From the NCBI GenBank assembly GCA_964016885.1, contig OZ024747.1, forward strand, positions 70,556,001 through 70,620,000: 64,000 nucleotides of DNA. The letters are read 5' to 3'. A model generated the notes under the pieces. That model worked only from the letters and a program-made list of their open reading frames with translations. It was not told the DNA's origin and did not search any database. Source of the stretch: Eledone cirrhosa. Lineage: Eukaryota. The position numbers and the translations under genes were made by a program. Of this stretch, positions 43,271 to 57,030 are shown in pieces (position 1 is the stretch's first letter; every line of letters starts with the position of its first letter).

Positions 43271-46200
43271 GCTGCACTTCTTTACATTGAACGTGTGTCA
43301 GTCCAGCTGTTGCTTTTTGTCATTTGTCATCTGTCTCTTAACAATTTAATTTTGTATATATTTACCAAATAATATGAGTAAACTAAAGTTTCCTGTTTTT
43401 TTCTAAAAAGAAAACCTAATTTTGTGGCCATGTACATTTGAAAATCAGAGATTTTAATGGTGATGCTTTCAACATGGCATCAAATGAAAAACATTGAGGG
43501 AGCAGAGAAGAGTTGACATTAGTTTTCTCAACTCCCCACTTCTCTCTACTTTAACAAGGAAGAATTTCTGCTTTTAAGAGAAATTGTTGATATTTGTGCT
43601 GCAACAACAAAAGCAATCAACAATACAAAAAAAAAAAGGAAAAAACTCCCATTTTGAACTGAAAAGAAAATAAACTTTCAATAAGTGCCAACAAAAACAA
43701 TATTTCCAACACCAACTCTTCACCACCCTTACCACAACAAAAGCATCAAGGAAAATAATAATATCGCTGCCAGAAACAACAACAACAACACTAATGTCAA
43801 TATGAAAAACAGTAAAGAAGATTGCATCATAGGCAATAACAACCCAAATGGCAACAATATGAACAATAACAACACTAGTGACAAGAAAACAGCAACAACA
43901 CCACAAACAAGTCTTTTTCTGCTATTACAACCGCTCAAAAAGTCCTTTACCCATTGTCACTTAAGAATATAGATGTGAAATTGGCCCAAGCAAAAGGAAT
44001 TGTAGGAATGGATGGTAGAAAAGCCATGATAATGGGAACAACTGAGTAAATAGAAACTGACCACCACCACCACCACTACCACAACCTTAAAAAACAGTAT
44101 CCTATCACTCTGTGTCAATACTAAACCAACAACTGCAAACAACATTAAATACTTCAGTCAGGACAGTTCTGTTCAAATGTGGGACACAGAGCAAGAGGGA
44201 AGCAGTTTGCCATGATAGAGGCCCTCTTCACAAGTATGAGACTCATCCAGCAATAATTCATGGTCCACCGGCACAATAAGGAGTTTGACCTCTTTTTCAC
44301 ATACCTCTAGAGAAGAATAGTCAGGTGAAGAATATTAGGGTCCCACAAGGTTTAGTCATCTGGTAGATCTCAGACTGTTTTGTTCTCGTGGAGGCTGTTA
44401 TATCCCTAGTTGTAAGGAGAACGAAGCATGAGAACTAGTCTGAGAATAGCCTAGAGATCCTGTTTTATGTGGATTTATAATGTAACATTCTTTTTTAGTC
44501 GTATAAAATATTTCTTTAATGTAAAATAAAAATTATTGTTAGATCCTCCAGTTGCTGTATCAATATGAATCAGTTACAATAAAAATTTGCTGGAGATAGA
44601 TTAACAACATTTCATAAGCAAGAGAGTTGGAATAAAAACGGGAGGGAGGTTGCTTCTGACAGGACCCATTGGAAGGAGTGTTTGAGGAGCCCCCCTCCCA
44701 TCCACGACCCACTCAGGGTTAAGTGGGTGAAGAAAAAGAACGTTTACCTATCTTTTCTTATTTCTGAATCTCTACATCTATCGGAGAAATTATCATTTGC
44801 CAGCTTTAGATCCATTTATAAATTTATAAATTCTAAATGCCTCTCTTCTCATATTACTAGCCATATAACCCAGAAGTATTCTAATGGGAACTTTTATGAA
44901 ATATATTATACATAACTAGCAGAAAAACCACTCTTCGGGTGGTTTTCTGCTAGCATGTGTAGTGTGTATATTATACGCAAGTATATATACATGTAGATAT
45001 GATACGTCAAATAAAATTGTAATTAACAATATACACAGAAATTGAACGAAGACTGTGTTACACTGTCTTATGTAATCAGTAACGTAATCCATGATACATT
45101 AAAAAAAGACAATATTATATATAAACTGCATTAGGAGAAAATTAGCGACAGAAAATTAATATGTTTATTTAAGCGATCGCCACCGGAAGTGTTGACATTT
45201 AAAAATTTTAAAGAAGTGAATCATGAAATAAATAATAAAATATATTTAATGAACAGCCACGAAATTTAGTAGATAAATTATGTAATATTCATTCATTATT
45301 TATTCAAAGTAATTCAACCTATTTTACAAACGGGATTAAAAAAATAAACCGTACGCAATCCCACAGACCTTACTTTATTATAGTTTAGATGGTGCTGATA
45401 TAGCGATATGGTTAAGAAGTTTAGTTTACAACCATGTGGATTCACACTGTTTGGTACTTTGCACAAGAGTTCCCTACTGTACACTTGGGTTGATTAATGC
45501 CTTGTAATTGGTATTTAATGGTCAGAAACTTTGCAGAAGCCTGTTGGTGTGTGCATATATGTATCATATTCATATGTGTGTCTGTGTTTATGTTCACTGT
45601 TGTAAACTTGTATCATCTTATGTCAAAATGTAATTTAGCAATTCAATAAATAAGAACAAATACTTAATTAAAATATTGTGATTGATATCAACTAATATAT
45701 AATATCGCTATAGTTGAATGACTGAAACTAGTAAAATAATACAATTATAAAGCAGAGGAGACTTCTATTCAATCTGCTGGACATAGCAACCAAATCATCA
45801 TATAATTTATTTCCTTTGTGCAATGTAATATTTGAGATACAAATGTTGGGCTGGTGATATCTGGAACAATTTGATCATAGATCTGCTTGTTTAGGACTGC
45901 CTTGGAACCAATCAACAACAGTAACAGCATAAGTATGATCTCATTATCTAATTGATAAATCTTAGTGGTTGAGTAGATTCATAGTTCGTGTTTCAATTAA
46001 AAAGTATCGTATGTTCATATCCCATTGCTGAATGATGTAATAAATCTCAAACACCCCTTTCTCCACATATCTGATAAAAAGAAAAGCAAGTATGAAAAGA
46101 GAAGCAGAAACAACTTGCAAGATAGAAACTGAAAATTGATGAAAAGTTAGATATTTTACTGTGCTGATATCAAACCCTCTGTCAGAAGAATTAATAAATA

Positions 46201-46639
46201 ACCCATTTGAATATTTCATATGAATATGCCATCTGATAGAAATAACCGTGACTAACAATAGTATCTTCATTAAAATTTCCTCCATGAAATATATTTCAGA
46301 ATTGTAAAATGTATTATTCATAAGACAGGTGGCAGACATCTGCATCAAAAGTCACCCATTTATTCTGTTACGAATTGAATGAATAGAAAATCTTTGAAAA
46401 TCCAAATGATAATCAGTTATGCAGGCTGCAGGCTTCTCACAATACTTTTTTTCATACTTACCTAGAAACATATCTACTTGATAAAATATATGCTAGAAAA
46501 TCAATTATGTTAGAAGATAATAGTCTCACTGGATTAAGCAAGAAGCATATTTATAAAGACGAATATGTAAATTAGTAGAACTTTTTTTTAAATACTGAAA
46601 TAAGACAATAGCTATATAGTGAAATGAGACAGTAGCTAA

Positions 46640-46824
46640 ATAATTGTTTCTACTTTTGGCACAAGGCCAGCAATTACCCAGTGTATTACTGGTACTTTAT
46701 TTTATCGACCCCATAAGAATGAAAGGCAAAGTTAACCTCGGCGGGATTTGAACTCAGAATGGCAAATGCCGTAACTCTATGCATCAAAGCATGGCGTCCG
46801 ACCCTCTACTGATACTGCCAATCC
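46640..46824 (-). mobile_element. Family-A SINE at the start of the minisatellite
   Basis: Full head-to-tail homology to the other copies. Confidence 0.9.
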
Positions 46825-46825
46825 A

Positions 46826-48945
46826 GAAATAAGACAATAGCTAGATAGTGAAATGAGACAATAGCTAGATAGTGAAATGAGACAATAGCTAGATAGTGAA
46901 ATGAGACAATAGCTAGATAGTGAAATGAGACAATAGCTAGATAGTGAAATGAGACAATAGCTAGATAGTGAAATGAGACAGTAGCTATATAGTGAAATGA
47001 GACAATAGCTAGATAGTGAAATGAGACAATAGCTAGATAGTGAAATGAGACAATAGCTAGATAGTGAAATGAGACAATAGCTAGATAGTGAAATGAGACA
47101 ATAGCTAGATAGTGAAATGAGACAATAGCTAGATAGTGAAATGAGACAGTAGCTATATAGTGAAATGAGACAATAGCTAGATAGTGAAATGAGACAGTAG
47201 CTATATAGTGAAATGAGACAATAGCTAGATAGTGAAATGAGACAATAGCTAGATAGTGAAATGAGACAATAGCTAGATAGTGAAATGAGACAATAGCTAG
47301 ATAGTGAAATGAGACAATAGCTAGATAGTGAAATGAGACAATAGCTAGATAGTGAAATGAGACAATAGCTAGATAGTGAAATGAGACAATAGCTAGATAG
47401 TGAAATGAGACAATAGCTAGATAGTGAAATGAGACAGTAGCTATATAGTGAAATGAGACAATAGCTAGATAGTGAAATGAGACAGTAGCTATATAGTGAA
47501 ATGAGACAATAGCTAGATAGTGAAATGAGACAATAGCTAGATAGTGAAATGAGACAATAGCTAGATAGTGAAATGAGACAATAGCTAGATAGTGAAATGA
47601 GACAATAGCTAGATAGTGAAATGAGACAATAGCTAGATAGTGAAATGAGACAATAGCTAGATAGTGAAATGAGACAATAGCTAGATAGTGAAATGAGACA
47701 ATAGCTAGATAGTGAAATGAGACAATAGCTATATAGTCAAATGAGACAATAGCTAGATAGTGAAATGGGACAATAGCTAGATAGTGAAATGAGACAATAG
47801 CTAGATAGTGAAATGAGACAGTAGCTATATAGTGAAATGAGACAATAGCTAGATAGTGAAATGAGACAATAGCTAGATAGTGAAATGAGACAATAGCTAG
47901 ATAGTGAAATGAGACAATAGCTAAATAATGAAATGAGACAATAGCTAAATAGTGAAATGAGACAATAGCTAGATAGTGAAATGAGACAATAGCTAGATAG
48001 TGAAATGAGACAATAGATAGATAGTGAAATGAGACAATAGCTAGATAGTGAAATGAGACAATAGCTAGATAGTGAAATGAGACAATAGATAGATAGTGAA
48101 ATGAGACAATAGCTAGATAGTGAAATGAGACAATAGCTAGATAGTGAAATGAGACAGTAGATAGATAGTGAAATGAGACAATAGCCAAATAGTGAAATGA
48201 GACAATAGCTAGATAGTGAAATGAGACAATAGCCAAATAGTGAAATGAGACAATAGCTAGATAGTGAAATGAGACAATAGCTAGATAGTGAAATGAGACA
48301 ATAGATAGATAGTGAAATGAGACAATAGCTAGATAGTGAAATGAGACAATAGCTAGATAGTGAAATGAGACAATAGATAGATAGTGAAATGAGACAGTAG
48401 ATAGATAGTGAAATGAGACAATAGCCAAATAGTGAAATGAGACAATAGCTAGATAGTGAAATGAGACAATAACTAGATAGTGAAATGAGACAGTAGATAG
48501 ATAGTGAAATGAGACAATAGCCAAATAGTGAAATGAGACAATAGCCAAATAGTGAAATGAGACAATAGCTAGATAGTGAAATGAGACAGTAGATAGATAG
48601 TGAAATGAGACAATAGCCAAATAGTGAAATGAGACAATAGCCAAATAGTGAAATGAGACAATAGCTAGATAGTGAAATGAGACAGTAGATAGATAGTGAA
48701 ATGAGACAATAGCCAAATAGTGAAATGAGACAATAGCCAAATAGTGAAATGAGACAATAGCTAGATAGTGAAATGAGACAGTAGATAGATAGTGAAATGA
48801 GACAATAGCCAAATAGTGAAATGAGACAATAGCTAGATAGTGAAATGAGACAATAGCTAGATAGTGAAATGAGACAATAGATAGATATTGAAATGAGACA
48901 ATAGCTAGATATTGAAATTAGACAATAGCTAGATATTGAAATTAG
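46826..48945. repeat. 24-bp minisatellite (GAAATGAGACAATAGCTAGATAGT)n, roughly 88 units
   Basis: Head-to-tail units with no spacers. About two more units lie at 46597-46640, and degenerate units run to about 49065. Confidence 0.97.
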
Positions 48946-49686
48946 ATTGTTAAATAGTCTAATGAGACAATTGATAGATAATGAAATGAGATAATTGGTA
49001 AATAGTGAATTAGGACAATTGATAAATAAGGAATCCAAACCATAATTAAGTAGTGAAATGTCACAGGTGCTAATTAGGGATGCAAAAAACAAAATCATGA
49101 CAGTTATTAATGAAAAGTGACATTCAAAGATTAACTCAAATTCTTCTCAAATATAGATTTTGTAAATAATTTTCTTTTTTATCAAATTAAAACTAGTTGC
49201 ATGTCTCATGAATATATATTATGAGATGAAGATCATTAACACCATCTTCATCAGCATCACGACCAATGTTGTTTTTATTGTTCTGATGCATTTGATGCAC
49301 AACCATACTCATATGTAACACAAAAAAATAGAATACACAAGAAACCCCCCAATTTTACGTAAACAAGTTACCTTGGTGCAAGTAGTTAGAATTGAAGAGT
49401 TATACATACAGGTATTAAATTCAAAAATTCTAACCATCCTAAAACTAAAAAGCCCAGTTGAGGGCACAAATAAATTGCCACGGCTATCGCTGGTGGGTCA
49501 TGTAGGTGTCATGACTAAAAGCACCCAGTAAATATTGTAAATGCGGTTTACATTAGGAAGAGCATGCAGCCAGTTCAGTATGAGCAAGACGTGGTCATTT
49601 AAGCTGGCCTATCTCAAAACGAGCAGAGAAATATGAATATTAAATCGCGATGTTGATGATGATGATGAAGATGATGATATATATAT

Positions 49687-49807
49687 GTTTATGGCCATAT
49701 CATGCTGAAAACACTGGTTCTCATCCAATCTCCAAAGTTATGCAACGTTGAGTGCCTAGTTAGTACTTAGATGGGTGACTGCTTGGGAAACCTAGGTGCT
49801 GTAAGCA
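49687..49807 (+). pseudogene. 5S rRNA pseudogene
   Basis: About 120 nt: GTTTATGGCCATATCA...GGTTCTC...AGTTAGTACTTAGATGGGTGACTGCTTGGGAA...GGTGCTGTAAGC followed by TTTT. Many CpG transitions. Confidence 0.85.
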
Positions 49808-50671
49808 TTTCTTGTAGTGCACCTGAGTACCATACACAATCATTTTCATTATTTTTATATATTTATATATATATATATACACATATATTGTTATACTTTG
49901 GGAAGGTCATATTGTTAATAAAAACAATTGCAACAGATCCGTTTCTTTGTTAATTAGGTAACTAATCAATTCCTTAGTTAGTATAATAACTAAATGACTA
50001 TTTAATTGTCATATTTAATTTTCAAACACTTTTGACACACACTGTTACCTTCTCATTGACTATTCTTGCTCCTCTATGTTTTGATCATATTCTATTTACT
50101 TGTGTGTGATTGCAACTGTGTTACAACTTCAACAATCTTTCTACTCCAATTTTGTTGGTTGTGCAAAAGTGTTTTTTTTTGTTTTTTTTTATTATTATAT
50201 CTTTTAACTATCACTAAGCAGTTATTCTATTCCCACAGAGGAGGCTTTGAAGCTTTTTCATCTCTTATATTCCCAGTTTATTAATTTTTTTGAGTAAAAA
50301 ATAAGCATTGAAACTATCAGCAAGTTAGGAATTTCGATTATTAACTTGACTTAATAATTGAAATTCAAAACTTGCCCAATAGATTATTCATTTACAGTCC
50401 TGGCAAATTGTTAAAGCTTCGGAAAGTAGACGAGCCAGTCTCATTTTAGTTTATTTGTGACACAGTCACATAGAATACATCAGGTGTGAGTTCAAGACCC
50501 ACAGGTGATGCTGTCCACTTTCCCTCCCCAGAGTTTTATATGCCTAACTTATTAGGCATATAAAACTGCTATATCTAAATTAATCTAATATTCAAAATTG
50601 ATAGATCACTCAACAGTGCTAAAATTAGATTGTATACTTATATGAATATATGTGTATGCATATATATGTAT

Positions 50672-51892
50672 ATCATCATCACCATCATCATCACCGTTTT
50701 ACGTCCGTTCTTCCACGCTAGCATGGGTTAGACGGGTTGTCCTGTTGTGTGCAGTGTCTGGTCGGCTGACCATGCCTTGCTCATACAGTAACTGATCTGG
50801 CTTGATTTCTACAGCTGGATGCCCTTCCTAACACCAACCTCATTTACAGTGAGTGCTGGGTGCTTTTTCGTGGCGCCTACACGTCCACTTTACAGTGTGG
50901 GCTGGGTGCTTTTTTGCCGTGGCACCTCCACGACCACCTTGCGGTGGGGGGTGTGGGGGCATATTGTTTATATGCTTCAGCATGTACCCATGGGAGGTCG
51001 GGTACTCTGTATTACTGCGTGACGCCAGAAGTCACGGTCGTGTGTCATTGTCTTTGAGAGGTGTAATTGGGTAAGGTCGGCTTTTATCACCTCATCCCAG
51101 GTCATCTTGGGTCTCCCCACTCCGCGGTTTCCATCAACTTCTAGTGCTCTGCACCTTTTTATGCAGCTGTCATCCTTCATACGCATCACATGTTCATACC
51201 AGCGCAACCGCCTCTCCTGCACACAGCATTTGATTCCTCTTATGCCCAGTCTCCCTCTCAATTCATTTATGCTTTGTCGTTCACGTATATTACTGTTACA
51301 CATCCATCGGAGCATGCAGGCTTCATTTCTCTCTAATCTACGTAAGTCTTCCACCTTCAGCGCCCAGGTCTCACTACGATGCAACATCGCTGTTCGGATA
51401 CACGCATCATACAGTCTGCCTTTCATTCTGAGGGAGAAACCTTTTGCAGCTAGCAGTGGTAGTAGTTCCCTAAACTTCTTCCATCCCGTTCTTACCCTAG
51501 TTATTGTACTTTCTGAACACCCACCTCCGTTGCTAATTCGGTCACCTAGGTAGCAGAAGCTGTCTACTGTTTCTACAGGGCCCTCCCAGAGATTGGTGGT
51601 ACTTGTTTCCTGTGGCTGTTTGCTGCTTGCTGTTTCAGCACAGCTGCTGCATGTGAATCCTACATTCTTAATTAAGCTTCCTGAGATCCCGCTACATCTC
51701 TTGTGTACCCATTGTTTGCATTTGGGGCAGAGAATGGAGTTCCTACCTACACCTTTCTTACATACTGAGCAAGGCCATTTCCCTGAGGGGATCTGGGTTC
51801 TGTTTTCTCGTCTACTTACAAGGACCTTAGTCTTTGTCATGTTGACTTTGAGACCCTTTCTCTCTAGTCCCGGCTTCCAGGTTTGGAATTTA
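50672..51892 (-). mobile_element. RTE LINE 3' fragment with Cys/His finger after the RT core
   Basis: ORF 50977-51840: [37 protein letters not shown]...C..C, FCYLGD, LRWYEHVMRM, GRPKMTW. Followed by 3'UTR and (GAT)n tail. Confidence 0.9.
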
Positions 51893-51969
51893 TTCTATAT
51901 ATATATATATATATACATACATACATATATATATATACATAAATATGTATATGTATCTATGTGTGTGTA

Positions 51970-52001
<32 letters not shown>

Positions 52002-52046
52002 CATACATATATATACATATATATATATATACAAACATACAAACAT

Positions 52047-52725
52047 ATCATCATCGTTTAACGTCTATCTTCCACGCTAGCATGGGAATTGTCCCACTTG
52101 AGGCAAGATTGGTCATCTCGCTCGTATAGGACTGTCTGGCATGTTTTCTATGGCTGGGTGCCCTTCCTAATACCAACCACGTTTACAGTGTGGACTGGGA
52201 GGTTTTTACCGTGTTACCTACATGGTCACATTACAGTGTGGACTGTGTGTTTTTTGTTTGTCGTGACACCTACATGACCTCATTTATTTCAGACTGGATG
52301 TTGTGGCACCAACATAAATTTACAGAGAAAGGGGTGGTGTTGATGGGGGTGGAGTAGGTGTTGTGGGATGGGGATGTATATTTGGTTAAGAGGTGCCTAC
52401 TGACTGTAGATTTCGCTTTGTACGTAGGCAAGACGGGTCTTCTGTATTACTGCATAGCGCCAAAGATCTCAGTCCAGTGACATTGTCTTAGAGAGTTGTA
52501 AGTGTGTAAGGTCGGAATTTATCAAATTGTCCCAGGTTTTATTGGATCTGCCTACTCCGTAACTTCCATCAATTTTGATCGCCCTGCACTTTTTTTTATA
52601 CAGCTGTCATCTTTCATGCGCTTTACGTGACCCTACCAACGTAGTCTTCTCTCAAGTAAACAGCATCTGATCCCTCTTATTACTAATTTCTCACTTAGTT
52701 CATTTATGCTTTGCTGTTCATGTAT
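52047..52725 (-). mobile_element. RTE LINE 3' fragment
   Basis: Collinear with 20705-21500. Confidence 0.85.
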
Positions 52726-53041
52726 ATTAATATTACAGATACATATATATATATACATACATACAAACATCTATATACATATATATATACATACATACAT
52801 ACAAACATATATATATATACATACATGCATATATATATGCATGTATATATATATACGCACAAAATACAAACACACATATGTATATATATAAATATATATA
52901 TATACACACACACATACGTATATATGTGTGTATATATGTATGGGCCCATAACTCCAGGTAATGTCATAGGGATGTTTCTCGGGCATTTTATCCAGCACTT
53001 TAATGACAATGCTAATTCGCCTATATATACATATTCATGTA

Positions 53042-53074
<33 letters not shown>

Positions 53075-53239
53075 TAAACACACATCATCATCATCATCAT
53101 CATCGTTTAATGTCCATCTTCCATCCTAGCATATATATATTATACATAAGTATGTGTATATATTGTATATATATGTGGAAGATAGACATTAAACGATGAT
53201 GATGATGATATATATATACATATATATATTTTATATATA

Positions 53240-53273
<34 letters not shown>

Positions 53274-53530
53274 TGTGTATATGTGTGTGTATATATCATA
53301 TATATACATATATATTATATGTGTATACATATATATTGTGTATATGTGTGTGTATATATTATATATATACATATATATTATATATATATATCATATATAT
53401 ATATTATATATGTATATATATATATATATGCATGTATGTATATATGTATATATGCATGTATATACATATGTACAAATATATGCATGTGTATATATATATG
53501 CATGTATATTTTATATATATATATGTATAT

Positions 53531-53576
<46 letters not shown>

Positions 53577-53620
53577 TTATCATCATCACCATTTTACGTC
53601 CATTCTTCCATGCTAGATAT

Positions 53621-53692
<72 letters not shown>

Positions 53693-55364
53693 GCACACAC
53701 ACACACACACACACACATACTTACACACACACACACTTATATATACACATATACATATGCATGTATGAGTATATACGTACATGCATATTTTTTGTTTTGT
53801 TTTTGTCTTGCCTAAGCAGAGCTGCACATTTAACATTTAATTATAATAAAATAGCTATAGTGGTATAGTAAGAGTATCTCTCACTACTACCATCCAATAA
53901 ACAGACTGACCACTACACTGACCAGTACACTGACATTCTGGACTTGTGTAAGAAAAATAAAAAGAATGAAGAAATATGAAAGGGACGAGAAACAAATATT
54001 GATTAGGGCTGAACTAACGTGTTCATCCAGACCAGAAGAATGTCTATGCATAACCTGATGTCTAGCTGACCATTTCAGCCATAGTGACCAGTGGTCAAAT
54101 TAACTTCCTTGCACTGTGAATGACTGGGCAGCAGCTGCCGCCACTATGCCAGGAAAGTGGTGGAGAGGGAATGGTCGTTTGCTTGCATATTTACTAGGGT
54201 TGCTATCATACTGGGTTGACAATTTCACACCATGATGACCAGAGGCCAAATGAAAATCCAGAAAGTTGAAATATTCTTGCCTTTTATGAATGACACAATG
54301 GTTATATAGCAAAGCCAACTAGTTGACCTTTTAATAACCGGTTTTCAAATTAAAATCTAAGTCCATTTCGATAGAAATTACTAAATAGCACAGGTAGTAT
54401 GTGAAATCTAAACTGGAAATGAAACTGACAACATTCCACTGCCTCTTGTCCAGTGATGTCACACTGGCTAACTACTGACCACATTACTCTACACACTATG
54501 AATAACTCACATACTTCCTAGCTGACCATTCTTGTTTTATGTAACACTTGCATGCAGTAGTAATAAGGAATGCAATTTTTCACATGAATAACAACAAAGT
54601 GAAAATGAATTTTAAATGAAGGAAACAGAAAATATACGATTAAATGAGACAAAATAAATAAAAGGAAACTAAGTGAAGACATCAATTAAAATATTTCTTT
54701 TCTTTTCTAATCTGATGCAGACACACATATAGGCAGGAATTTATATGTATATATTTATGTTTATTTGTATCATATGTTTATAATATCATATATGTGTGTG
54801 TATGTTTGTGTGTGTTTGCATGTGTGTGGGTGTACTATATATTATTTAGTATTCATTTGAAACAGTTCTCCCTTACTCCTGTAATAAGATAAATGAGTAT
54901 ATGTATATATACATACATACACAAACATATATCCATATATATGATGTCTTTTTATGGTTCACACACTCTTTTGGACTATGTGTCATTTTAACAGAGTTGC
55001 TAAAAAGTTGTTGCATACATTAACATATATTAAGATATATTAAGAATTTTATACATGGATAGTGTTAGCCTAGCCTACATATTTACATGCAAATATATGA
55101 CCATAAGCAGTAAGCTATATATAATCATACTCCTTCCAGCATCTCTCAACCAACTCAAATGGAATGTGCTAAGATGGTTAAGGTGCCAATGAGTGTGGTA
55201 GGGAGGTGGCTGGCTGAGAATAACAGTAGGGAATTGACACCTATTCTTGCAATCTAACAGTTACATTTAGTATTTGTGCAAATTCTGACTAACAACAAAA
55301 CAACACTAATGAAATGGGGAGAATTACAAATATAATAAATATCTAAACAAATTCTAATAATGAA

Positions 55365-55722
55365 AATAATGGTTCCTGATTTAGGCACAAGGCCAACAAT
55401 TTTTAGGAAGGGAAAGTCGATTAAATCAACACCAGTGCATTACTGGTACTTTATTTTATCAATCCTGTCAGGATGAAAGGCAAAACTAACCTCAATGGAA
55501 TTAGAACTCAGAATATAAATTGATGTAACTGTATGCCCCAAAACATGTTGTCCAATGCTCTACCCATATTGCCAATCCAGTGCCCTTTAATGGTTTCACA
55601 AGGCCAACAATTTGGAGGAAGCGGAAAGTGATTAAATTGACCTCAGTGCATTACTGGTACATTATCTTATCTACCTTGTTAGGATGAAAGGCAAAGTTAA
55701 TCTCAGTGGGATTTGAACTCCA
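55365..55722 (-). mobile_element. Two degenerate family-A-related SINEs in tandem
   Basis: Repeated CACAAGGCCAACAATT...TACTGGTAC...GATGAAAGGCAAA...GAACTC. Confidence 0.7.
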
Positions 55723-56489
55723 TAATGAAAATAATAAAGATTTCTCACATTAATAAATTAGCAACAGAGATTTTGGAATGTAGGAAAATACATTATTCAT
55801 CAACCTAAATATATATAACTGGTATTTTCTTTTTGTCTTCTCTAGAGTGATGAATAACAAAGTCGATTCTAGAAATATTTGCTCTCAGAATGTAATAAAT
55901 TCAGATATTTAGTTTCATGCATTATAATTTCTGATTCCTCATCATCCCCCCCCCCCCACCACCACCACCACCACCATCACCATCTTCTACATGATTGGAA
56001 AAATAATCCTATTCTTAGTACTTTTAAACATGTCCACTCAACAATCTCTTGCATTATATCCTCCAGAAGAAAGAGAACAACTGGCTGCCTTTCCACAGCC
56101 AAAAGTAGACAGGCAATATTTACTCGAGCTGTACCCAGCCTATGCCTGGTAACAGCTGTGTATAATAATTCCATGTGACAAGAAGATTAAAACAATAAAC
56201 AGCTGTTTTACCGTTTTACCGTTACCTGTGCAGTTTGGACAACCACAACTGATGTCACTTCTATAACCATAGAACTTTTCCTGAACCAGCAGTTCCCTCT
56301 GAAATTTCTGGAAATTAACAAAAGGCCCTACCATGAAAGTCCTCTGGAAAAATCTAATACATTAAGAGCCATAGCATACCAAAATCACTATGTAAAATTC
56401 ATTGACAGCTCATAAAATGTTGAATAGTGTAATATGGCAAAGAATGAAATAGCAGAGGCTTAAATCTGCAGCAAGGACCCACTATGAGA

Positions 56490-56676
56490 TAATTGTTTCT
56501 ACTTTTGGCACAAGGCCAGCAATTACCCAGTACATTACTGGTACTTTATTTTATCGACCTCTGTATGGATGAAAGGCAAAGTTAACCTCGGTGGGATTTG
56601 AACTCAGATCGTAAAGGGACGTAACTATGCTGGAAAGCATATCCGACCCTCTACCGATACTGCCAATTCCCCCCCT
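56490..56676 (-). mobile_element. Family-A SINE with 12-bp TSD
   Basis: TSD CTATGAGATAAT at 56482-56493 and 56677-56688. Confidence 0.9.
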
Positions 56677-56841
56677 CTATGAGATAATGATAATAGTACA
56701 TTCTCTAATTCTGCATAAATGCCAGCTATATATTCATACATAAATACACACACACATATATATACATACATATTCTGTTACAGGGGCAAATGCAAGGACT
56801 ATATCTGTGAAGACCTTTTAGAGGATGAAGGTTGCATAATG

Positions 56842-57030
56842 TAATTGTTTCTACTTTTGGCACAAGGCCAGCAATTACCCAGTACATTACTGGTATTTTA
56901 TTTTATCGATCCTGTAAGAATGAAAGGCAAAGTTAAATTCGGTGGAATTTGAACTCAGACCATAAAGGGATGTAACTCTATGCTGCAAAACATAGCGTCC
57001 GACTATCTACCAATACTGCAAATCTACTGA
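56842..57030 (-). mobile_element. Family-A SINE
   Basis: Homologous to the other copies. Confidence 0.85.

Noticed and set aside
42380-44460. Possible decayed retroelement ORFs
   Set aside because: Only faint resemblance to PLE N-terminal or LINE ORF1 sequence, with no diagnostic motif.
46806-49098. 668-aa and 453-aa ORFs, or a possible CRISPR array
   Set aside because: The 24-bp unit lacks stops in those frames, so the ORFs arise trivially. Units are contiguous with no unique spacers and there are no cas genes.
54100-56340. Short ORFs (54100-54318, 55977-56334) as exons
   Set aside because: No convincing splice-site pairs or recognisable domains.
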